Virus record (IMG/VR): IMGVR_UViG_3300035208_001913
Span: 1 to 64,000 of that record
DNA length: 64,000 nt
DNA from: a virus
Lineage: Duplodnaviria; Caudoviricetes
Direction: 5' to 3' (one strand)
Shown here: one piece after another, positions 42,080-51,360 of the stretch
Layout of the letters: every line of letters starts with the position of its first letter
How positions within the stretch are numbered: the first letter of the stretch is position 1
Made by a program: the position numbers and the translations under genes
Notes under the pieces: model-generated
Told to the model about the DNA's origin: nothing
Databases searched by the model: none
The model's input: only the letters and a program-made list of their open reading frames with translations

Positions 42080-43195
42080 TTAATCTGTTTTATCTTCGCC
42101 CTTCCATTTTTTCCAGTCTACTAAATCTACACCGGTTTTAGAAGAACTATTGGCAGTTATGTCAGCTTTAACGCCTAACTTTTTCTCTATTGTATCTTTA
42201 ACTTGGTTCTTTGCCTCTGCTATCTTAGCCTTTATTGCTTTACCACCACCTTTCCATAATATTGCACCTAATTCATATAACGTTTCATCACTTTGTAATA
42301 AGAGGTCATATAAACTACTTGTGCCTGTCTTAGGATTAATCTTTACTGCTTCCTTAAAGAATTTCTGATATTCCACTATTTCAGCTTTGCTGAATGAAAT
42401 ACCTAATAACTCTTCTTTGTTTTTGTAAGCATTGATTAATTTATCGGCAATAGTATCTTTTTCTTTATTTAAGTTTATTAAATTATTTTCTACAGTTTGT
42501 TTAGCTAATTCAATTTCCTTTGCTTGTCTCTCTTTTGTTATCTGTTGATATTGACTTTTAATTTTCTTAGCTTCTATACTCTGTTCGAGTTTAGTCATTT
42601 TATTAATATGCTCTGATATTTCTTCATCAGTACTTCCTTCTGTATTTTGGTCTGTCTTACCATATTCATTTTTATAAACACTAAAGAGAATATCTGTATC
42701 GGGCATTTCCAAGAATGCTTTCTGTTGTAATCTACCTTCTATCCATTTCTTTTCATCATACTGTCCTTTACTATGTAAATCTATAATTTCTTTTGCTGTA
42801 TCGGGAATACCTTCTAAGTTAGTACCTGTATTAATATTTTCTGTCAACCAATCTAAAAGGATTTTACTTTCAGTTTCAGGAGTAATACCTTCGGGCATCT
42901 TAAATGTTCCTACACCTAATTCAGCTTCATATTCTTCCTTTATAGTGTCCCATATAGGATTATGTTTTACTTCTGGCAGTTCTTCCGTTTTTTCTTCCTT
43001 TTTTGTTTCATCTGTTTTAGTTGTTTGAAGTTCTACTTCTGGATCTGTTACTTCACCATCTTTAAAACTTGCTATAATAGCAGCTTCTATTTCTTCAGAT
43101 GTTTTATTCTTTACTTCTTCAGTAACACCATTTTCACCTTTATCATCAATAACGACATCGTCAATTATTTCTTTTTCATTATCATCTATATCCAT
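42080..43195 (-). CDS. Scaffolding-like protein
   Basis: Highly acidic N-terminus, coiled coil, immediately upstream of the MCP. Confidence 0.6.
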   Translation of the reverse strand: MDIDDNEKEIIDDVVIDDKGENGVTEEVKNKTSEEIEAAIIASFKDGEVTDPEVELQTTKTDETKKEEKTEELPEVKHNPIWDTIKEEYEAELGVGTFKMPEGITPETESKILLDWLTENINTGTNLEGIPDTAKEIIDLHSKGQYDEKKWIEGRLQQKAFLEMPDTDILFSVYKNEYGKTDQNTEGSTDEEISEHINKMTKLEQSIEAKKIKSQYQQITKERQAKEIELAKQTVENNLINLNKEKDTIADKLINAYKNKEELLGISFSKAEIVEYQKFFKEAVKINPKTGTSSLYDLLLQSDETLYELGAILWKGGGKAIKAKIAEAKNQVKDTIEKKLGVKADITANSSSKTGVDLVDWKKWKGEDKTD

Positions 43196-43235
43196 TTTTT
43201 TAAATTTTTAGTTTATATTCTTATCCTTTAATTTG

Positions 43236-43243
43236 CAAATATA
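43236..43243 (-). promoter_or_regulatory. Bacteroidota-type -7 promoter element (TATATTTG)
   Basis: TAnnTTTG in the intergenic gap upstream of the scaffold-MCP operon. Confidence 0.6.
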
Positions 43244-43273
43244 TATTATTTTAAATTAATAAAAAAAATATTT

Positions 43274-44689
43274 TTAATGTGATTGGCCAGAAGGATTATA
43301 TCCTCTTTTTAATTTAGTTCCTTTTTTTTCAGTAACAGTAAAATTTCCTCCACTATCTCTATTTACTATAAAACCTTCTTTTTCTAATCTTTTTTTATCT
43401 TGAAAATAATCTGTAGTTCTCGAATATGCTGAATTTATTTCATTATTTTTATTTAATATCCATGAGGCTTTTTGAGCTTTATCCATTCCATTAGTATTTT
43501 CATTTATATAATTAGTTAGTTCTACATCTTCTTTTATATCTGCAGCAACTCCAATTAGTCCAGTTAATGGAATTAAAGTGCCAAATGAACTAGTACTAAA
43601 AGGTTTACCACTACCTCCACTTTTAAAGAAACCACCTTTAAAGGTATTATTAGATTTTCCTATTACATTTGGAACTATTTCTTTTGTTGTAGTTTGTAAA
43701 GGTTCTTTAAAATTTTTAAAGATTTTAGAAGTTTGTTCATAATTCTTATTTGGTTTTAAATTAACTTCTTTTTCTAATATTGTATTTGGATTATTTTTAT
43801 CTTTTATATATATATATTTTGTTGTTTTTGGTTTAGCCTCAACAAGAGTTGGATTTTTTTCAACACATGGTTTACTATATGCTCTTTTAGTTACTGTAGA
43901 AGTTTCATTAGTTATTGGTTGTTCAATTATTGGTGTTGTTTCTGTTACTACAGGTTTAAATGCATCCTTATAAGCAACCTGTACTTCTTTAGGAGTAGTT
44001 AAAGGTTTCTTGGTATCTATTAACTTTTTAGAAAATTGTTTTGGTGTTAATTTAGTTTCTCCTGTATTTAATAAAGTTCTTTCTTTACTACCTTCTGTTA
44101 ATGGAACTCCTTGTTTATATGCTCTTTTAATTTCTCCTGTTGCTGTTTTACCTCCTGTAAAATATGATTTCTGTAATAGACTTCCTCCTTTATAACCTTG
44201 TACTTTATTTATTAAATCACCTACAAACTTTCTTCCCGGAACCGCAACTGCATAAGTTGTTGTTAATCCTGCAAGTCCTGTACCTACACCTGAATAATCT
44301 CTTGATTTATCCAATTTAGAAGTCTTTCCTTCTTCAATATCATTTACACTTTGTGTAGAATCTATTTTTAATATAGAATTTAATATACTATCTGTTCTTA
44401 CAGAATCCTGTAATGCTTTCTCTCTTTCATATATTGCAGTACTATCAACAGGTATTTTAATTGTATCTGGAGGTTCTCCTACTACTAAACCTTTCTTAGC
44501 ATTATTTGCCATAGTAGGTAAAGTAGATACTAATTCATCAATAGCAGTATGATTACCTTCTGTAATCCATTGTTCTACTTGTTGTCTATACTTAATAGGT
44601 ATTATAGCTATATCACCATTAGAATTACGTAATGAAAGTTCTCCACCCTCAACTTCTACGTTCTTAGGTTGTTTAAATTTTAGTGCCAT
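43274..44689 (-). CDS. Probable virion cargo protein
   Basis: VEVEGGE motif, AKKGLVVGEPP, two Gly-rich hydrophobic segments, Lys/Thr-rich middle. Confidence 0.5.
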   Translation of the reverse strand: MALKFKQPKNVEVEGGELSLRNSNGDIAIIPIKYRQQVEQWITEGNHTAIDELVSTLPTMANNAKKGLVVGEPPDTIKIPVDSTAIYEREKALQDSVRTDSILNSILKIDSTQSVNDIEEGKTSKLDKSRDYSGVGTGLAGLTTTYAVAVPGRKFVGDLINKVQGYKGGSLLQKSYFTGGKTATGEIKRAYKQGVPLTEGSKERTLLNTGETKLTPKQFSKKLIDTKKPLTTPKEVQVAYKDAFKPVVTETTPIIEQPITNETSTVTKRAYSKPCVEKNPTLVEAKPKTTKYIYIKDKNNPNTILEKEVNLKPNKNYEQTSKIFKNFKEPLQTTTKEIVPNVIGKSNNTFKGGFFKSGGSGKPFSTSSFGTLIPLTGLIGVAADIKEDVELTNYINENTNGMDKAQKASWILNKNNEINSAYSRTTDYFQDKKRLEKEGFIVNRDSGGNFTVTEKKGTKLKRGYNPSGQSH

Positions 44690-44691
44690 TG

Positions 44692-45582
44692 TTATTGATT
44701 TATATGTTTCATTAACTCTTCGTTAGTAATAATATTATTATCTCTTATATCAATTAATCTTTGTCCATGTTTAGGATTCTTTTTAAAATCTAATGGTCCT
44801 TTAGTTAAATCCCAGCCGAATATCTTTGTAGCTCCTTGTAAATCTTTATGTCCTAATGCTATTGAACCATTTCCTTGTAGTAACTGAAGTCTATCAACTT
44901 CTTTAGTTAAACCTAACTTATCTGCTTTTGCCATTTTATCATAATAAATTAATGACGCTGCTTCTATATTTCCTAACTTTCTGCCTAATTTATCTTCCTG
45001 TTCTTTAAGTGTGCTTGGTCCTAGATGAAATAAATCATCATATGCACCATAAGTTGATTCTTGTCCAGCCCATGCAATTGCAGTAGGTACATCTTCTTTT
45101 TTCCAATATTTTTTTATACTATCTAATGCAGATAATTGTAATCCATTTTCTTGTTTATTAGTATCTGTTATAGGTATATTCATTGCAACATCAAATGTTC
45201 TTTTATCTGGGATTCCTATATAAACATTTTGTTTTCTTTTATCAACAAATTCTAAAGGTTGTCTTTCAATTGCTTTTATTGCAGTCCTATTATATCTATC
45301 TTTTAATTCATTACTTTGTATATTCCAAATAGTCTTACCTCCAGTTATAGAAGATATTTCTTTTGGTGGTTTTTCTACTAGCACACCATCTTTTGCTTTA
45401 AAACTTCCACTACCATTAGTCTGCTGTATCTGTCCATCTCCTACCTTTATATCTATACCACCTCCTTCATGTGAAGGTCCTTTAAAGTCTTTTATTATTT
45501 CCCAACTACCTCCGGGGGTAAAACCAAAGTTACCTCCATTCTCTAATTTAGGATATACAAATTTTTTATATGTTCGTTTCAT
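44692..45582 (-). CDS. Probable virion cargo protein with lysozyme/transglycosylase-like domain
   Basis: GPSHEGGG motif; PTAIAWAGQES resembles the catalytic-Glu helix of SLT-like enzymes. Confidence 0.45.
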   Translation of the reverse strand: MKRTYKKFVYPKLENGGNFGFTPGGSWEIIKDFKGPSHEGGGIDIKVGDGQIQQTNGSGSFKAKDGVLVEKPPKEISSITGGKTIWNIQSNELKDRYNRTAIKAIERQPLEFVDKRKQNVYIGIPDKRTFDVAMNIPITDTNKQENGLQLSALDSIKKYWKKEDVPTAIAWAGQESTYGAYDDLFHLGPSTLKEQEDKLGRKLGNIEAASLIYYDKMAKADKLGLTKEVDRLQLLQGNGSIALGHKDLQGATKIFGWDLTKGPLDFKKNPKHGQRLIDIRDNNIITNEELMKHINQ

Positions 45583-45874
45583 TTATTTTCTTTTTAGCAT
45601 AACGATATTTGACTTTCTGTTTCCAAAGGATATTTTGTTCTTTATACATCTTCTTTAATACCTCCTGAGCATACTTATTAGTGTAAGGCTTAAACATAAT
45701 CGGAGAGTTTACTTGCCATCCTTTTCTTATACATCTTCCCCAACTTCTTTCTAAATCTATTAATGCTTTCTTAACATCATTTCTTTTACAAGTTGTTCTC
45801 TCTGGTTTATTCTTTGTATTTTCCTTTATTTCTTTATATATCCTATCAATATAATCATGTAAATTTAATAACAT
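45566..45874 (-). CDS. Small basic protein, possibly HU/IHF-like
   Basis: CKRNDVKKAL...CIRKGWQV resembles HU helix 2 and strand 1. Confidence 0.4.
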   Translation of the reverse strand: MLLNLHDYIDRIYKEIKENTKNKPERTTCKRNDVKKALIDLERSWGRCIRKGWQVNSPIMFKPYTNKYAQEVLKKMYKEQNILWKQKVKYRYAKKKINETNI

Positions 45875-45877
45875 ATT

Positions 45878-48412
45878 TTAATCTTTTACCATTTCTTTTT
45901 TTCTTGCTACTTTTTCTTTTACTTTAATATCAGCCATCTTAACTTCTAATCCATTCTTTTCCATAAGGGCATTTATATTCATCTGCATTGCTTGTAGTTG
46001 TAAACCTATACCCTGTAGTTCTTCATTTTTAATAGCACTACGTTGTTGTTCTCCAAGATAAGTAAGTTCTACGTCTCTCTCAGATGTTATTGATGCTGCT
46101 TTAATATTTGCTTCTGTATCAATTTTTTTATTATCTATTTGTAATTTCTTTTCCGCTAACTGAGCATCAAGTTCCATCTTAGATTTTTTCAACTGTAAGT
46201 CAAGTTCTTTGAGTTTAACGTCTTGTTGTTTTAACATACCCTCAAAGTCCTGGTCAAATTTCTTCAACTCCATCTCTGCCTGTTTCTGTGCTTCTATCTG
46301 ATTAGTTTGCGATTTCTGTGCTAATTCCTGTGATTTCTTAGTCCAAAATCTAAATGATTTCTTTAACTGTGTCAAAGATTCCATATCGTAAATATCAAGA
46401 ACTTTTTCAAAAGGCATTTGTCCTTTTTCTGATTGTCTGAAAGCCATCTGCTTTAATTCATTTTTAGACTGTTCTTCTTCTGAACTATTTTCATACATAA
46501 CTGCATAGTCAGAACCGGATAATAATTCTTTAGGTATATTAATATACTCTATACCATCAGGATTTTTAATATCTAATATAGCACCATCTTTCCATGCATA
46601 CTTACAGTAGTAATTTATTAACTGTGTCATAGCACGTATTTCTACTTCATCATGTTTATAGAAAAGTATTTCGGTGATTAACATAGACTGTTCTCTTGCC
46701 ATCTCTGCTGTTCCTACTTGGTCTGTTGCTACTATTTGTCCTAACCTCTGTCTTGGTACTCCTATAATCTCTAAGGCAGTATTTCTAATACTTTCTAACA
46801 TATTATCAATATATTGTACCGAAGGAGGAAGTGTATCATCATAGTCTTTCCATTGATTATAAGGACTTGTTACCTTTCCTGTTTTTTTTACTGTTTCAAT
46901 ATAAAGATTACCTGTTTTTTTATGATATTTATGTTCCTCTAAAGTCATTCCCTCTGGAGTCTGTGCAATATCTATTATCTGTCCTTTAACTCCCGATACT
47001 GCTATGATAAGTTCTCTATGATAATGAAGTAATACAAAGAGGTCTTGTAAATCTTTCGTTGCCCATATAAGACTATAAGGTTGATTAGCAATATTTGAAA
47101 ATGAAGGTCCAATGATTGGTAATCTACGTTTCATATAATTATCTCTATCAATAAGAGCTTCATCTTTTCTTCGTGCATTGACAACATACTTACCATTTAT
47201 TATTACTGCTTGGTATATGTCTGTCATATATCTTTTAGTTATTTTCTTATATTGTTTAGCTATATTTTCATCTATAATGTTATCATAGAAATGTTTAAAA
47301 TCTATATCAGGATTATTTTTATTAGATTTCTCTCCTATATGAATAGTCTTTGGAACTCTCCAATATATTCGTACTCTTTCTATTCCTGTACTTGTATCTT
47401 CGGTACCACCATATAAACCTGTATTAGATTCATCAGATAAATCAGAACCTAAAGATAAACCACTTTCTATTTCTTCAATGATACTATCATTAAGGTCTGG
47501 ACTATCTCCATATATATCAATGAAATCATTAAAAGAAATAACATCTTTTACCCCTGCCCATGGTCCATCTTCAACCCAATCAACACCTGCAATTTTAGGA
47601 TAGAATATGTTATTAGAGTTAAGATAATAATAATCACATTTATTAGCTTCCGGGACATAATCTACAAACCTATATTCTTTTCCTGTTACAAATCTATCTG
47701 TAATACCCATAACTCTTTGAGTACGGATATTATGTTCTGTGATAAGTTTCTTTAAACCTTTTTGTGCTAATATCTCTTTAAGGTCTCGATAGTCATAAGT
47801 ATAATATTCTTCAATCTCATTTTTCTTATCTTCATTGATTTGGATTTTATTACTTATTTCTTCTTGTATTAAAGTTAGTTGATTTTCTAACTGGGGTAGT
47901 ATCTTTTTTAATTCTTCTTGCTGTTGTGCCTGTTGTTCATTCTGTGGTTGTTGTTGTAATTGTTGTTGTATCTGTTGTAACTGTTGTTGCATAGAACTAA
48001 GTGCCATACGCATCTCACTCTGTTGTATAAGTAATTCCTTTTTAATCTTATCCAGCATATCAATAAACATAGTCTCCTGTTTCTTTTCTTTAGATTCATT
48101 ATCATTGATAAATGTAGATAATATAAAAGGTCTGCGTGAGGCTTGTGATATTAAGAGGTCTATAGGACTTCTCTGAATAGATATATTCCTTATCTTTGAA
48201 GGTAATGAAAATGTTTCTTCACCATTAGGACTTTTTATTTTAGTAAGATAATCCCAATCTTCGGGATTCATATATCCATGATAATAACGCCAGCATTTTA
48301 AATCTCTGTATTTTTCTAATCTATTACCTATTGTTTGGTGATATAATGCAAGTGCATATTCTTCCATCCATGGTTTATCCTTTTTTTTATTAAGGGTTGA
48401 AAGTAATTTCAT
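45878..48412 (-). CDS. Portal protein
   Basis: 844 aa; YYHG, PIDLL, PYSL...DLQDL, IIGVPRQRLGQI motifs; long C-terminal coiled-coil barrel. Confidence 0.85.
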   Translation of the reverse strand: MKLLSTLNKKKDKPWMEEYALALYHQTIGNRLEKYRDLKCWRYYHGYMNPEDWDYLTKIKSPNGEETFSLPSKIRNISIQRSPIDLLISQASRRPFILSTFINDNESKEKKQETMFIDMLDKIKKELLIQQSEMRMALSSMQQQLQQIQQQLQQQPQNEQQAQQQEELKKILPQLENQLTLIQEEISNKIQINEDKKNEIEEYYTYDYRDLKEILAQKGLKKLITEHNIRTQRVMGITDRFVTGKEYRFVDYVPEANKCDYYYLNSNNIFYPKIAGVDWVEDGPWAGVKDVISFNDFIDIYGDSPDLNDSIIEEIESGLSLGSDLSDESNTGLYGGTEDTSTGIERVRIYWRVPKTIHIGEKSNKNNPDIDFKHFYDNIIDENIAKQYKKITKRYMTDIYQAVIINGKYVVNARRKDEALIDRDNYMKRRLPIIGPSFSNIANQPYSLIWATKDLQDLFVLLHYHRELIIAVSGVKGQIIDIAQTPEGMTLEEHKYHKKTGNLYIETVKKTGKVTSPYNQWKDYDDTLPPSVQYIDNMLESIRNTALEIIGVPRQRLGQIVATDQVGTAEMAREQSMLITEILFYKHDEVEIRAMTQLINYYCKYAWKDGAILDIKNPDGIEYINIPKELLSGSDYAVMYENSSEEEQSKNELKQMAFRQSEKGQMPFEKVLDIYDMESLTQLKKSFRFWTKKSQELAQKSQTNQIEAQKQAEMELKKFDQDFEGMLKQQDVKLKELDLQLKKSKMELDAQLAEKKLQIDNKKIDTEANIKAASITSERDVELTYLGEQQRSAIKNEELQGIGLQLQAMQMNINALMEKNGLEVKMADIKVKEKVARKKEMVKD

Positions 48413-48999
48413 TATTTTTTTGTTTTAGGTAAGTAGTCAAACATTCTCCTTCTCATCTCTATTTTCTTATTTTTAGAACCTATCTTTATTAGTTGTTCTA
48501 ATTCTTTAGACAAAGATATTAAAGATTTACTTAATGCTAACGCATCAGCTTTTTCCTTACTATTATCTATTTCTACTTGTACCTTTTTATTTTCTATTAA
48601 TCCATTAATTTCTACAGGTACCTCAACCGTTACAATCTTTGTGAATTTGATATTTCCGATTCTTGTTATAAGATCATCCATATCATTCTGAACATTTTTT
48701 CTTAATCTTTCTTCTCTGGAACATTGAATTTCTTCGTACAAATTTATGAAATTTTTTACATCTTTATTATTTTCATATAAATTTATATCTTCTCCACCTA
48801 AATGTCTTTTACAAATATACAACTTTCTTTGAGAAGTTAGCATTTCTCTGTAAATACTTTCGTTGCAATACATCCAAAAAATATATGTAAGAGCTTTATC
48901 ATAGAACTCTTTACCATGTTTTTTTAATTTAAGGACTTCTTCAATATATTGAGCTTCCTTAATAACTTCTACTTTACCATCTATTTCTTCTAATATCAT
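48412..48999 (-). CDS. Helical packaging-region protein (possible terminase small subunit)
   Basis: KALTYIFWMY...SIY pattern with C-terminal coiled coil; overlaps both TerL and portal genes. Confidence 0.45.
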   Translation of the reverse strand: MILEEIDGKVEVIKEAQYIEEVLKLKKHGKEFYDKALTYIFWMYCNESIYREMLTSQRKLYICKRHLGGEDINLYENNKDVKNFINLYEEIQCSREERLRKNVQNDMDDLITRIGNIKFTKIVTVEVPVEINGLIENKKVQVEIDNSKEKADALALSKSLISLSKELEQLIKIGSKNKKIEMRRRMFDYLPKTKK

Positions 49000-51023
49000 T
49001 TGTATGCTACTTTAAAATTACCATTTCTATCTTGGACATAATAAGAAAATCTTACTTTCTTATCTTTTTTAGCTATTAATTCTTCTTCTACCTCCAATAC
49101 TAATACTTCACATATTGCTGTTGCTATCGTTATATCACAATTATATTTTGCTTCTTTAGGATTATACTTAAACTTAGCATAAGCTTTCATCTGTTCCACA
49201 TCATCCATTTTAGAAATAAAATCATCTGTAAGTCTATCTCTAAGAATAGAAAGCCAATAAGGTTTTGTTGCAGGGTCTATACCCCACCAGTTACTTGACT
49301 TACTATTATCAACCATATTAGCCATTGCAAATTCAGGTCGTGGCATAACAAATGCTGAAAGATTATTCCTTTTATACCAATCGAATATTCTTAACTTGCT
49401 ATGCTCTATAAGGTTTCTACAACCAAAATAAACACTTAATAAAGCACTATATTCAAAGAATGTTTCTGCTCCTCCTTCTTCTACCGTCGGTCTTGAAACT
49501 ACTCTTGCTACATACTTACTACTTGACTGTAAAGCATTATAGAAAGTCTTACGGATATAAGATGCACCCATAGAATTAGTATAATAGGCTTCATCCTGGT
49601 CATAACTATCAGTACCTTGTAAATATAATCCTTCTGGTATTATTCCATCAACTTTATAAGGATGCTCATAGATATAAAATGGTCCTGCTATATCAGCTTC
49701 CCAAACAACACCATTATATTTATTCTTAATATCTTTCCATCTTAACCACCCTCTTGATTCTACTTGACTTGCCTTGTTAAGATTTACATAGGCTATTCTT
49801 TCATTTAACTTCTGTGTTATACTTTCTCCAAAATAACCACCACCTGTTATAAGGAATATATCTGTAGCAAATAAAGGATGCTGAGTACGATAACGATATT
49901 TCTCTTCATGAGTTTTCTTTTTCTCATATTCTTTCTGCCACTCTATCATACTTGCTCCTATAAGACTATTACCTTCACTATCAATAATCTTATATTCTAA
50001 ATCACGTATTACATGCCCTACCCTCCTACTTGATTCCTCTTTATCCCATTTGTTCTTAAAAGATAGAATATTATATTGTTCAGGATTATAATGACGTTGT
50101 TCCATATCATAAACACCATCAGACATTTCACCCCCGGTTCCTAAGAAGAACTGAAATCCTGTTTTAACTCCTTCATTCCATATAGAAGGTTCAACAAAAC
50201 CGGCAGTACTTATACTCCAGTTTTTCTTTCCCTTACCTATTTCTTCATATATAATCCAGTATGGAGAATATCTACTCATACATTGAGGATTGTCTTTAGC
50301 AGTAATACATCTTACTTCACTTTTAGTATTTTGACTTTGGATAAGTTCTTTATTATCTCCACCTTTAGAACGGTCTTTATAGAATTGGGTATTTTTAAGA
50401 TAGTCTAAACCATCTTTAGTCATATTAAATGTATTCTCAGCATCAGTGAGTGTATAACCTACTATGATAGTTTGTGCTGCAGGAACAAAGGTATAGTTCC
50501 AACCGGCTATCATACCTGCTACTTTATTACTTTCTCCCTTTTGACGTGCTTTAGAATCCTGGTTATCTTTACTTTGTTCTTCCATCATCTGTAACCGACG
50601 TGCAAAAAGGAAATCTATATCAAGGAATTTAGGATATGTTAATTGTTTAGCATTTCCAAACATCTTATTCTTAACTAAAGCTTTCATACGCCAGAAGTTA
50701 AGATAGAAATATAAACGAGGTGGAATGATTATAGTACGATTATAAATCCATAGATCATAATTAGGTAAGTAACAATCATTACCTTCCCAGATACAATCAA
50801 TGCCATCAATAAACATGTCTCCACCTTTTTCAATAGCATCTTCTACAATATATCCTTCAGTACAATACTTCTGTTGTCTTTCCCACCATGACTCATCAGT
50901 GATACATTTACTTAACGTATCTTTATCTACATCTTCGGGATTAAGATGAAACATATCATCTTTATCCGGAAGGTCTAATCCTGCTGCTACAGGTGAAAAT
51001 TTTATCGTATTTACAAAACGCAT
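48996..51023 (-). CDS. terL: Terminase large subunit
   Basis: LYFYLNF, Walker A KARQKGES, Walker B IIYEEIG, GTGG motif, nuclease GTDSYDQD and DITIA. Confidence 0.92.
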   Translation of the reverse strand: MRFVNTIKFSPVAAGLDLPDKDDMFHLNPEDVDKDTLSKCITDESWWERQQKYCTEGYIVEDAIEKGGDMFIDGIDCIWEGNDCYLPNYDLWIYNRTIIIPPRLYFYLNFWRMKALVKNKMFGNAKQLTYPKFLDIDFLFARRLQMMEEQSKDNQDSKARQKGESNKVAGMIAGWNYTFVPAAQTIIVGYTLTDAENTFNMTKDGLDYLKNTQFYKDRSKGGDNKELIQSQNTKSEVRCITAKDNPQCMSRYSPYWIIYEEIGKGKKNWSISTAGFVEPSIWNEGVKTGFQFFLGTGGEMSDGVYDMEQRHYNPEQYNILSFKNKWDKEESSRRVGHVIRDLEYKIIDSEGNSLIGASMIEWQKEYEKKKTHEEKYRYRTQHPLFATDIFLITGGGYFGESITQKLNERIAYVNLNKASQVESRGWLRWKDIKNKYNGVVWEADIAGPFYIYEHPYKVDGIIPEGLYLQGTDSYDQDEAYYTNSMGASYIRKTFYNALQSSSKYVARVVSRPTVEEGGAETFFEYSALLSVYFGCRNLIEHSKLRIFDWYKRNNLSAFVMPRPEFAMANMVDNSKSSNWWGIDPATKPYWLSILRDRLTDDFISKMDDVEQMKAYAKFKYNPKEAKYNCDITIATAICEVLVLEVEEELIAKKDKKVRFSYYVQDRNGNFKVAYK

Positions 51024-51349
51024 TATTTTCCTTTAGGAAATTTAGACTTCTCATTTAATTTGAATGTTGCTCTTTCTTCCATATACTTCATTACAGTAAC
51101 ATAATCTGTTTCTGCAATATGCCACGGTACTAATGAGTTACTATGAAATACATTTTTATAATATATCTTATCCGGGCCCCACCATCCACATTCAATACCT
51201 TTTATTACACATCTTGTCTCTTGAAGTGTTGAGTTACCTCTTGTAGTATTAAACTTTTTAAACTCTTTAATAACTCTTATCACTTCTAACTTAATTCCTA
51301 AGTTATCTTTATGGGCGACATCATCACCCTCTTTAAAATAATAGTCCAT
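51023..51349 (-). CDS. YodC/DUF2158-like small beta-barrel protein
   Basis: FKEGDDVAHK...IECGWW...VFHSNSL pattern. Confidence 0.55.
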   Translation of the reverse strand: MDYYFKEGDDVAHKDNLGIKLEVIRVIKEFKKFNTTRGNSTLQETRCVIKGIECGWWGPDKIYYKNVFHSNSLVPWHIAETDYVTVMKYMEERATFKLNEKSKFPKGK

Positions 51350-51360
51350 TGTTTATATTT

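Noticed and set aside
7254-51023. Introns or inteins in RNAP, MCP, portal or terL
   Set aside because: ORFs are continuous and of expected size; no intein splice-junction or LAGLIDADG motifs recognised, though a small intein in the giant ORF could be missed by eye
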